In this document: positions 1 through 7,997 of the stretch, piece after piece | Numbering within the stretch: position 1 is the stretch's first letter | Layout: each line of letters starts with the position of its first letter | Assembly: GCA_000002435.2 (NCBI GenBank) | Contig: CM018792.1 | DNA length: 64,000 nt | Source of the DNA: Giardia intestinalis | Taxonomy: Eukaryota | Strand: one strand, 5' to 3' | The notes under the pieces: model-generated | Seen by the model: only the letters and a program-made list of their open reading frames with translations | What the model was told of the DNA's origin: nothing | Database searches by the model: none | Program-made: the position numbers and the translations under genes

Positions 1-1
1 G

Positions 2-733
2 ATCAACCTCTCTGCGCTGCCTCAACTGATCCGTGCTGCACACACGAATAACATGGAGACTGTCCGGATGCTGGCTAACAAGAGGAACTACATCGGCCAG
101 CGCGACGAGCAGGGGATGACGGCCCTCATGCACGCGGCCCAGCAGGGGCACATCGGTCCTGTCGAGCTGCTTGTTAGAAAAGAGAGGGGTCTCAAAGATA
201 AGAGCGGTTGGACCGCGCTCATGCACGCTGCACACGGGAACCACCTTGAGGTAATTGAGATTCTCATCCCTTATGAACATAGGAAGAGGAGCAAGAATAA
301 CCACACTGCCTTGATGATCGCCGTAAAAAAGGGCCACATAGAAGCTGCCTCCCTTCTAGTCTCATATGAGAAGAACCTGATCGACGACGAAGGCAAAACG
401 GCCTTGGTGATTGCGGCAGAGGCAGGACATGAAGCTCTGATGGAGACCATCGACCCAACCGATGACAGGGGCGTCACGGCGCTCATGCGAGCCGTTGATA
501 GAGGTGATATGGCAACAGCAAAAGCGCTTGTGGCTCTTCAACGAGGACGAGTGGCACATGGTGAGACGGCGCTAATGCAAGCAGTCACGTACGACAATAT
601 AAATGGGATAAAATTATTACTGCCACATGAAAGCGGTATGCATGATAGATATGGTGCAACCGCCCTCATGAAAGCTGCCTATAAGGGTTACTTAGAGGCA
701 GTAAAGTTATTAATAAAAAAGAAAGTGGGATGA
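2..733 (+). CDS. Ankyrin-repeat domain of a NEK-kinase / Protein 21.1 paralogue; 5' end lies outside the window. The reading frame is open from nt 2 and stops at 731-733
   Basis: Repeated 'G(x)TALMxAAxxGH' ankyrin units. Nt 1-75 are nearly identical (1 mismatch) to nt 29987-30061 inside the NEK kinase gene at 28860-31445, and the protein is collinear with that gene's ankyrin tail (INLSALPQLIRAAHTN...). Confidence 0.7.
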   Translation: MNLSALPQLIRAAHTNNMETVRMLANKRNYIGQRDEQGMTALMHAAQQGHIGPVELLVRKERGLKDKSGWTALMHAAHGNHLEVIEILIPYEHRKRSKNNHTALMIAVKKGHIEAASLLVSYEKNLIDDEGKTALVIAAEAGHEALMETIDPTDDRGVTALMRAVDRGDMATAKALVALQRGRVAHGETALMQAVTYDNINGIKLLLPHESGMHDRYGATALMKAAYKGYLEAVKLLIKKKVG

Positions 734-1131
734 AGGACAATTATAACAGGACTGCGCTCATGGAAGCGGCGGCTAGGAATCATTTGGAAATAGTTATAAT
801 GTTAATAGAATATGAAGCATGCATGAGGGATAGCTTTGGGGAAACGGCCCTTATGAAGGCTGCTTCGAATGGTCATTTGGAGGTAGTTGAGCTGTTGATA
901 GAATACGAAGCTGGTAAAAATGATGACTCTGGAGAAACAGCCCTTATGAAAGCCGCCCTCGGGGGCTATCTGAAGGTAGTCGAGCTGCTATTTGAAAGCG
1001 AGGGGTATCTAATAGACAAATCTGACAAATCCTTCTTTGGTAAGCTTGAGGCTAAGGGCTACTTTGAGATAGTATCTTTCCTTAGGGACAGCAGTAGAAC
1101 ATCTAGCACCGATGGCTACAGTTACTCTTAG
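730..1131 (+). CDS. Ankyrin-repeat continuation of the preceding gene in a shifted frame (probable frameshift, so pseudogene or sequencing error)
   Basis: '...VKLLIKKKVG*' is followed directly by 'MKDNYNRTALMEAAARNH...', which completes the same ankyrin unit if one nt is restored near gtggga^tgaagg (~728-731). Ends DGYSYS*. Confidence 0.5.
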   Translation: MKDNYNRTALMEAAARNHLEIVIMLIEYEACMRDSFGETALMKAASNGHLEVVELLIEYEAGKNDDSGETALMKAALGGYLKVVELLFESEGYLIDKSDKSFFGKLEAKGYFEIVSFLRDSSRTSSTDGYSYS

Positions 1132-1930
1132 ATTACTTTACGGCTCACGAGTAAATCTGTCGTTCCCTCAAGAGAAGCAGAAGGCCCTGGAGAACAGGCT
1201 GGACTACGTCAGGGCCCACAAGGCCGTGGACGCAGGCCAGAGGGACGCAGACGGGAAGACGGCGCTCATGTGGGCCGCCGAGGCCGGGCACACCGCCGTC
1301 GCCCTGGAGCTGGTCGACGCAGAGGCGGGCCTGGTCTCGAACGACGGGTCCTTCGCGCTGATCGCGGCGGCAAAGAGGGGGAACCTCGAGCTGATCCAGG
1401 CCCTTTTCGAGAAGGAGGGGAGGCTGCGGGACGCCGGCAAGCTCTCCGCCCTCAACCACGCCTCCAGGGCGAAGCAGTTCGAGGCGGCCAAGGTCCTCCG
1501 GCTGAAGACCATCGAGACGATGGACGCGGCGATGCTGGAGCAGCTCCGGCAGAGGGTCGCGGCCACCTACACCGAGATGGCCAAGAAGTCGCAGCAGGCC
1601 GAGGTCAAGAGCCACAACATGGCCATCTTCCGCTCGTTCTTCGAGGCGTTCTACTCCCTCTCCTGCTCGGGGATCGACCAGGGGGCGGAGATCTCGGAGG
1701 AGCAACTGAACAAGTCCCTCGAGAAGTGCCTGGGCGAGATCCGCAAGCTCCTCAACTCGAAGAAGTACACGAAGTGCGTGAAGTGCCGCGCCAACGCCCC
1801 CAACCTGGTCTGCATGCCGTGCAAGCACTACGTCCTCTGCAAGGACTGCGGGAAGGACGTGGCCAGCGAGGTCTGTCCTGGTCTGCGAGAACCCCCTTGG
1901 CACACTAGTAGATCCTCAAGGTATCGCTAA
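1112..1930 (+). CDS. Ankyrin-repeat protein with a C-terminal RING/B-box-like zinc finger (Protein 21.1-like); extremely GC-rich coding sequence
   Basis: The ATG at 1112 overlaps the last codons of the upstream ORF. Ankyrin units ('GKTALMWAAEAGHTAV', 'DGSFALIAAAKRGNLEL'), a coiled-coil-like middle, and 'CVKCRANAPNLVCMPCKHYVLCKDCGKDVASEVCP' (C-x2-C...C-P-C-x-H...C-x2-C). GC content jumps from ~40% to ~66% at ~1150. Confidence 0.6.
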   Translation: MATVTLRLLYGSRVNLSFPQEKQKALENRLDYVRAHKAVDAGQRDADGKTALMWAAEAGHTAVALELVDAEAGLVSNDGSFALIAAAKRGNLELIQALFEKEGRLRDAGKLSALNHASRAKQFEAAKVLRLKTIETMDAAMLEQLRQRVAATYTEMAKKSQQAEVKSHNMAIFRSFFEAFYSLSCSGIDQGAEISEEQLNKSLEKCLGEIRKLLNSKKYTKCVKCRANAPNLVCMPCKHYVLCKDCGKDVASEVCPGLREPPWHTSRSSRYR

Positions 1931-1937
1931 GGCATAT

Positions 1938-2381
1938 GTGGGGGTGGATGGCTGCTCAGCATGTACAGCCCCGACAGCTCTGACAACAGCTGGCATGACT
2001 GCTGCTATATGCACCTCTTGTGATAACAGTAAGAAGCCCAACAAGGGTGGCAGTGGGTGCTTCACATGTGCTATCGATGGATGCTCGCACTGCAACAGAG
2101 ACAACATGTGCGAGGCATGTAATGATGGTAAGAAGGTGAGCCCTGGGAGGAAGTCATGCGTGGATGGCTGTCCCAGCAACTCCACTGACACCGACTCTGT
2201 CTGTGTGTGCAGTGATGGGTACAGTCTAGACAGCAGTGGGGCCTCCTGTGTGTCCTCTGGCGCCAACAGGGGCGGGCTCTCCACGGGGGCCATCGCGGGG
2301 ATCTCCGTCGCCGTGGTCGTCGTCGTGGGGGGCCTCGTGGGCTTCCTCTGCTGGTGGTTCGTGTGCAGGGGGAAGGCGTGA
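1938..2381 (+). pseudogene. Orphan 3' fragment of a variant-specific surface protein (VSP) gene. No ATG and no signal peptide (the track 'start' is GTG)
   Basis: CXXC/CXC-rich sequence, then the TM helix '[26 protein letters not shown]' with the invariant CRGKA tail. About 90% nt identity to 28600-28771. Followed at 2381-2394 by ACTTAGATAATAAC, a degenerate version of the VSP extended poly(A) signal. Confidence 0.7.
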
Positions 2382-2675
2382 CTTAGATAATAACCGCATC
2401 AAGAGATGTGCTGATAGCTTCCTGGGTCCTGATTCGCCAAGCACTGGGTAGTATCTAGCCGAAGGTCTCAAAAAGAGACAGACCCGCATCAGACGAACGA
2501 TAGTACCAGAGGGAGGGAGCTAGGAGTGCCTCCATCAGAATAAGCAGGACAGCCTTGTTAAGACAGCGTAGCTAACCAGTTATTCGCCTCTGTGCAACAA
2601 TGTCATGCGAATCTTCACTTTTTTATGACATGACATACAATTTATTATTGCACTACTTGTAAAGCAATTAAAAGG

Positions 2676-4121
2676 ATGGACTCGATTGAAGAGAAAACGG
2701 CCGACTCTGTGACCTGCCGCTTTGTCACCCAGCTTCCCATAGAGCTACAAATCGACGACGATGAGTATGCCATTCCTACCATGGCGACTCGACTGGAGTT
2801 ATCTCAGCTTATTAATACCTTAATAGGGCGCCCACACCCCCTTGCCTTTGACTTCTTGGTGAATGGCTCATTTATGCATACAGCACTTGGTGACCACTTG
2901 CTCCTAAATGAGATAAGCTCCGAACAGGCCTTGACGATAGAATATATCTTGGCACAGCTTCCTCCCTCTGATAAGTACACCCTTAAAGTGAGCGACTGGG
3001 TTTCCACAATCATTCCATCGATGAATGATTACTTTACCCTGCCTAAAGACATTAAGGATGCTGCTTTAGCATCTCTGTATGATGGATCCTTGGTGCTCTT
3101 CAACTTTGCCAGCCAAGATCAGGCAGATGATTATGACAGCGCCGATGAGCTGGTTGGTACACGACACCAAGTGTGCAAGCTATTCAGCACCCCAATAAAA
3201 GCTACCTGTCTTGTGAAGATCAACGATCAAATGCACGTCGCGGCTGGCGGATATGAGGGACGGATACTATGTTCTACAATCTCCGAGACTGATGCATCAT
3301 TCACACAAGAGGTCGAATATACCAATCTGAATAGCCCCATTCTCTCTCTGGCAAGCAACACGTCACTCTCCTACATGGCGGCGGGGACAGTCGACGGTTT
3401 GGTTTATCTCTATGATATAGCAAACACGCAGCGAGCGACAGAACCGATGGTAATGCAGGTAGAGCCTAGACCTAAACGCAAGCGTATCCACGGCAATACA
3501 ATAATCAAGACAGCCACAGAGCGCCTGTCCTTTTTGTTTCACTCGGTGCAGACGTCGGAGGCCCGTGCACACGACCCTTTCACAGTTGCCACAGATATCA
3601 ATAGCGTGACCTTCAGCAATGAGCATAATAGCCCTTATATTGCAGCTGGCTGTGCGGATAACTGCATCCGGTTCTATAATATCAAAAAGAATGCCCCAGC
3701 AGGACTCATATCCACAAATTCTTCCTGCCAAGTTCTGAAGTACATGAAGAGGTCTGACGACATGCTCCTCTGTGGCTTCAATAACAAGCTACTAAGGCTC
3801 TATGACACTAGGAAGGATAAGCCACTTGTGTCAACGTTCACAGGCCACAAGTCGTCCCTAACATGCTTAGATGTTCGGGATAACATGATCATTAGTGGGT
3901 CTATAGGCGGGGATCTGTGCGTATGGGATCCTAGGTCGTCTGTCCCGCTGTGGGTTGGAGATTGCTTTTATAGGAAATTGGAGCACAAACGGGATCAATC
4001 CCGATTACTTTCATGTGCCTTTGCGGTCAATGCATTGGCTCCTGTATTCTATCATGGAGGAAGCGACCGTCAGATAACGATGCGGAAGATAACAGACCCG
4101 CTTGCCCTTTCTCGAAAGTAA
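2676..4121 (+). CDS. NLE-domain WD40 ribosome-biogenesis protein (WDR12/Ytm1- or Notchless/Rsa4-like)
   Basis: The N-terminus 'CRFVTQLP...ELSQLINTLIG...AFDFLVNGSFMHTALGDHL...TIEYI' fits the Notchless-like NLE domain. The C-terminal half has WD repeats (LRLYDTR...GHKSSLTCLD...GDLCVWDPRS). An A/T-rich stretch precedes the ATG (caattaaaaggATGG). Confidence 0.75.
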   Translation: MDSIEEKTADSVTCRFVTQLPIELQIDDDEYAIPTMATRLELSQLINTLIGRPHPLAFDFLVNGSFMHTALGDHLLLNEISSEQALTIEYILAQLPPSDKYTLKVSDWVSTIIPSMNDYFTLPKDIKDAALASLYDGSLVLFNFASQDQADDYDSADELVGTRHQVCKLFSTPIKATCLVKINDQMHVAAGGYEGRILCSTISETDASFTQEVEYTNLNSPILSLASNTSLSYMAAGTVDGLVYLYDIANTQRATEPMVMQVEPRPKRKRIHGNTIIKTATERLSFLFHSVQTSEARAHDPFTVATDINSVTFSNEHNSPYIAAGCADNCIRFYNIKKNAPAGLISTNSSCQVLKYMKRSDDMLLCGFNNKLLRLYDTRKDKPLVSTFTGHKSSLTCLDVRDNMIISGSIGGDLCVWDPRSSVPLWVGDCFYRKLEHKRDQSRLLSCAFAVNALAPVFYHGGSDRQITMRKITDPLALSRK

Positions 4122-4170
4122 ATTAATTGTCTAGACATCAGCCCTTCTTTTCTTAAGTCCACGAAGTGAG

Positions 4171-4178
4171 AATTAAAA
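4171..4178 (+). promoter_or_regulatory. Giardia-type A/T-rich initiator immediately 5' of the ATG (AATTAAAAatgG)
   Basis: Seen in sequence. The same architecture occurs at 11852-11864, 28845-28859, 42781-42792, 56421-56434, 60678-60690, and on the minus strand at 39873-39885 and 50613-50625. Confidence 0.4.
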
Positions 4179-5006
4179 ATGGTACAGACGCATAGCGTTC
4201 CTTTATACCCCCACAGCAGGGCCATTTACCGGGTAGACTCTGTGGCCATAGATGTGCTAGATAGAGGCAGTCCATTCACGTTTGTCCTAGTTCATGGGCA
4301 TTGCTCGAACAAGCACGCAATCTTCTTTGATGCAATCTTTGAAAGGTCTCCCCATAATGTGGTCCGATTTGACTCTCCAGGACAAGGGGATGCACCGGGT
4401 ACATACTCCCTCTCTTATGCGGATGAGGTTGACGTTCTATCCTCAGTCCTTGATCACCTTAAAGAATACATACAGGAGTGGGGGTTAAGCCGCACGGTGC
4501 TTGTGGGCCACTCGCGGGGAGCAAATATATCTCTGTTGTACATCCAAAGGTTGGTGTTGCAGTGTCCTGAGCAGCCTGAGCTACCTTATGTCGTGGTTGT
4601 CTCGGGGCGCTTTGATCTCTCCGGAACCTTAACCAGTCAACTCACACCTGAAGAAGTTCTACAATTAGAGAACGGCCACGAATTTACAAAAGCGTTTCCA
4701 GGTTGCAGGTGTCCTCTACTAGTGACACCAGCATTCATATTGGAACGCAGGAGCATCCAACTGGGAGACGCATGCCGTGTTCTCAGTCAAACAGACAGAC
4801 TTGCAGTACTTCATGGTACAAATGATCGGGCTGTTCCTCCGCAGGAGAGCTCTCTGATGGTCCAGTTTTATTCTGAGGAAAAGAAGAGGAGCAGGCTGAG
4901 ACTTGTGGATGAGGCTACACACAACTGGAAATACAAGCTCGAAGAAGGATATCATGCTTTCTGCGGACTTATAGAGGGACTACTTGTTGCTCACAGAAAA
5001 GACTAG
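4179..5006 (+). CDS. alpha/beta-hydrolase-fold protein (serine hydrolase)
   Basis: 'VLVHGH' oxyanion-hole region and the 'VGHSRG' GXSXG nucleophile elbow. Its 3' end overlaps the convergent LSm gene by 4 nt. Confidence 0.6.
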   Translation: MVQTHSVPLYPHSRAIYRVDSVAIDVLDRGSPFTFVLVHGHCSNKHAIFFDAIFERSPHNVVRFDSPGQGDAPGTYSLSYADEVDVLSSVLDHLKEYIQEWGLSRTVLVGHSRGANISLLYIQRLVLQCPEQPELPYVVVVSGRFDLSGTLTSQLTPEEVLQLENGHEFTKAFPGCRCPLLVTPAFILERRSIQLGDACRVLSQTDRLAVLHGTNDRAVPPQESSLMVQFYSEEKKRSRLRLVDEATHNWKYKLEEGYHAFCGLIEGLLVAHRKD

Positions 5007-5383
5007 GTAATACTGGTAAATCGCCTGCGTGTCACAAAAATAATACTATCTCCCCGGATGACCAGCAAAGGAAAGAAGCGGTTGAGTGAGTGTCCGGTCT
5101 CTTCTGCGTTAATTAAAATAAGATTCATATGTTCATCAAAGCTCGCCAAAAGTCCAGTTATGGACGAGTTATTTTGCAACAGAACGCTAACACGGTCTTC
5201 CAGGCTTGTCTTTAACAGGTAAAGAGGGTTTGAAAACTCCGTGTATTCAGGCGTGACTCTATCGCCAGCTGAACCGTGAAACAGGGGCGCTTCCATATAT
5301 TCTTCATTGCTGTGATCCACATCCATTCCAGTCTTCCGGCCAGCGCCTTCTGACTGTAAGTAGGTTAGCGAGGCTCCTGACAT
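5003..5383 (-). CDS. Sm-like (LSm) protein
   Basis: Sm1 'LLKTSLEDRVSVLLQNNSSITGLLASFDEHMNLILINAEE' and Sm2 'LLVIRGDSIIFV'. An internal Met (MEAPLFHG...) would give a canonical ~100-aa Sm protein. Confidence 0.6.
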   Translation of the reverse strand: MSGASLTYLQSEGAGRKTGMDVDHSNEEYMEAPLFHGSAGDRVTPEYTEFSNPLYLLKTSLEDRVSVLLQNNSSITGLLASFDEHMNLILINAEETGHSLNRFFPLLVIRGDSIIFVTRRRFTSIT

Positions 5384-5889
5384 TGTGCTGTTATTTTATA
5401 AATTAAGGCTCTCTTGTTTCTTTGGTTTTCAAATGGGTAAGTAAATGGTCCTTCTCCGCGTGATAAGTACGCCTGTGCATTACCGGGCTTTCTCCGTGGT
5501 TTAGGCCCTTTCATGCGTTCCACTGATGCTCTTAGATAAGTTGAGGATTGGTTGAGATTAGTTGACTGTGGCGTCTTATGGATGAAAAGAGTGAACTGGT
5601 GATGCGTTCTGCTTTACGGCAGCTAGCTAGCTGCAAGTAGAGTCCTACAGAGAAAATCAGTACAAAAGATAGTACATAGTTAAGTAACCCAATCAGGATT
5701 GGAGTCTGCTCGTGGCTGGATTGCTTCTTTGCACCTCGGATCCATGGGCAAATCAAGGTCCAAGCTCACCTCTGAGACAGTTCCAATTCTTTAAAACTTA
5801 ACTTTAAAACCTAATGGTTGTAACATACAATGTGTTTTATTTACACGCTAAGAATGTCTAAGGATCACAGCATATGATGATGGTGGTGA

Positions 5890-6645
5890 TCACTTCGACT
5901 GTCGACTGCCAACAAAGCTCCCAGTAAAGCTCCCAGCAAAGCTGCCAGTAAGGCTCACTCTGAGACGTGGTGTGCCGGTAGCAGATCCAGGAGTTGCAGG
6001 ACTGGTAGTTAATGACATAGCCCTCCCGAGCTTTGTGGTTGTACTGTGGGTAAACATAACGTTGATGGTGGAAAAGAATGCACGCAAGTCTTCCATTGCC
6101 TTTTGAGGCTCCTCAGTTTCACACTCCAACTCTACCATGCGGCCCGGCCTGGGCACAATGAATATGACGTTATCTAGTTCCAGGGTATGCTTTTTATACG
6201 TGTATCTGCGTCGCATAGTTGTAAAGGAAGCAATCTTCATAAGTGCTCCTTCAATCGCGTTGTCTAAAACCGTATGAAGGTCACATACATTGTTCTTGAA
6301 AAATGATAACACTCTTTCCCCTGTCGAATCGCCCATCAGAGCGCTATAGTCCTCTTTGGAGATGTGGACCTCCTCCTCTATTGCACGAAAGACTCCTGCA
6401 GCCGTGATGCTCGACTTTGCCTTCAAGGTGGCTGTGTAAGAAATGCTTGTCGCTGTCTTCAGTTCACGAAGACGCATGGATGCCTTCTGATGGGCCAGCT
6501 CGTGAGTTGCAGTGTCAAAGTAAGTGCTTGTTAGGGTCACCGAGCCTATATATTTTGCTTGTTTGTCTAGTTCCGTGAGGACTTGTGCGTACGAATTAGG
6601 GTCGCACAGCGTGAGTTTGATCTCCTGCTCAATATTGGACGGCAT
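5890..6645 (-). CDS. CYTH/triphosphate-tunnel (TTM) domain protein, from the first ATG. The track ORF begins at a TTG at 6657
   Basis: N-terminal 'EQEIKL' (ExExK) and 'YFDT' motifs typical of TTM/CYTH enzymes. Low-complexity C-terminal (SFxG)n tail. Its start codon CAT abuts the ATG at 6646 on the opposite strand. Confidence 0.5.
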   Translation of the reverse strand: MPSNIEQEIKLTLCDPNSYAQVLTELDKQAKYIGSVTLTSTYFDTATHELAHQKASMRLRELKTATSISYTATLKAKSSITAAGVFRAIEEEVHISKEDYSALMGDSTGERVLSFFKNNVCDLHTVLDNAIEGALMKIASFTTMRRRYTYKKHTLELDNVIFIVPRPGRMVELECETEEPQKAMEDLRAFFSTINVMFTHSTTTKLGRAMSLTTSPATPGSATGTPRLRVSLTGSFAGSFTGSFVGSRQSK

Positions 6646-6696
6646 ATGTCTCACCAAAGGCCTGAAATATTTGATAATTTTGCTGGCGCACAGGTC

Positions 6697-7989
6697 ATGA
6701 CGGTTGATGGCGAACCACAGCGTGATCTAAACCAAGCTAGGAGAATAGTGCTGGAGATGAAGGAGCCACTTTGTCGAATTCCTGAGGATCTGCGCTCACT
6801 CCTATCTGTAACCATATCGGTGTATTGCATTGAAACACCAAGCGCCCTCGTTTCCACCATCATTAAGAATATGCCGCCGGAGGCTTCTATAGCGCTAGTA
6901 ACTGGCTGCAGATTCTTGGCAGTTAGAGATGGCCCTCGAGGGAAGACGGTCACCGTTCTCTCCACAGCTTTTTTGTCTGGTCTGGACGAAAGCGTGACAC
7001 AGCAATTGTTTATCCACGCAGATACGTTGCTGCTCACGCCAGAGGCTCGCTCACGCATCAGTCTCCTTCAGGACATCATCGAAGACCCGCCAACCTCCTT
7101 TGAAACAGTAGGCCATATAGCACACTACAATCTTCGAGAGGCTCACCTCCCGTATAGGTACTTCATAGGCGCCGTCACCTGTGAAAAGGAGCCTGCCATC
7201 ACCACGGTTATCACCAAGATAGACACGGTTCAATCGCAGTACCGTACATACAACTTTGAGCTGATCGGAGGAGTCCCGCGGTATGACGTGAAGCTCGTGC
7301 AAGACGGAATAACCTACTCATTTAATTACACTAAGGTTTACTGGAACTCGCGGCTCTCACATGAGCACTTGTCACTTGCTCAGCATATCAACCAGACTAT
7401 CTGTCCCAATGACCTGGTGTTAGATGGGACATGTGGGATTGGTCCTCACGCCTTACTTCTAGCTAAACGTTTCAACTTTACCAATCTCATTTGCAATGAC
7501 TTGAACCCAGATGCATACAAATCCCTTAAAATGAATGTTCGTATAAATAAAGCAGAGAATGCCATTACATGCTTCAACGAAGATGTTTCCTCCCTTCTTA
7601 GGCGATTATTGCCGGAAACTAACCTTAAGGCTGTTATTTTCAGCCTCCCAGAACTCTCTATAAATCTGTTACAGGCTATGAAGGGGGTCCCTGATATCTA
7701 CTGCTTCCTTGAATGCTTCACACGAGCCCCTCCACACCTTGCATACTATGATTTGCTGCTTCGATGCTCTGAGTCTCTGCTTGATACTAAGGTATGTACC
7801 GGTATACAGCAGGCCTTATCGGACATAGAGAAGGTTGCAGAAAATAAAGAGTTGATAGACCTGTTAATAGCATGCTATGAGACATTTGAGGTCAAGGAAA
7901 TCCGGACTGTTTCAACTAATAAATTCATGTACAGGGTGACCCTAAAGATCAATGAACAAAAGGAAACAGTAAAGGTATTGAAAAAGTGA
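6697..7989 (+). CDS. TRM5: tRNA (m1G37) methyltransferase, Trm5/TYW2 (Met-10+) family
   Basis: 'LDGTCGIGPHALLLAKR...LICNDLNPDAYKSLKMNVRINK' matches the Trm5 SAM-binding region (D-x-F-A-G-x-G ... N-D-L-N-P). The track ORF starts at a TTG at 6583. ATGs are at 6646 and 6697. I chose 6697 because it leaves a 51-bp A/T-rich divergent promoter. Confidence 0.7.
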   Translation: MTVDGEPQRDLNQARRIVLEMKEPLCRIPEDLRSLLSVTISVYCIETPSALVSTIIKNMPPEASIALVTGCRFLAVRDGPRGKTVTVLSTAFLSGLDESVTQQLFIHADTLLLTPEARSRISLLQDIIEDPPTSFETVGHIAHYNLREAHLPYRYFIGAVTCEKEPAITTVITKIDTVQSQYRTYNFELIGGVPRYDVKLVQDGITYSFNYTKVYWNSRLSHEHLSLAQHINQTICPNDLVLDGTCGIGPHALLLAKRFNFTNLICNDLNPDAYKSLKMNVRINKAENAITCFNEDVSSLLRRLLPETNLKAVIFSLPELSINLLQAMKGVPDIYCFLECFTRAPPHLAYYDLLLRCSESLLDTKVCTGIQQALSDIEKVAENKELIDLLIACYETFEVKEIRTVSTNKFMYRVTLKINEQKETVKVLKK

Positions 7990-7997
7990 GACTGTCA

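Noticed and set aside
1145-1908. Overlapping ORFs 1145-1903(-), 1204-1566(-) and 1270-1908(+), of 120-252 aa
   Set aside because: They are a by-product of ~66% GC with GC-rich third positions in the real + frame gene (1112-1930). Their translations are Arg/Gly/Pro-rich nonsense.
5532-5756. 74-aa ORF with a hydrophobic helix in the 5.4-5.9 kb spacer
   Set aside because: It begins with TTG, not ATG. No in-frame ATG gives more than 20 aa, so it is probably spurious.
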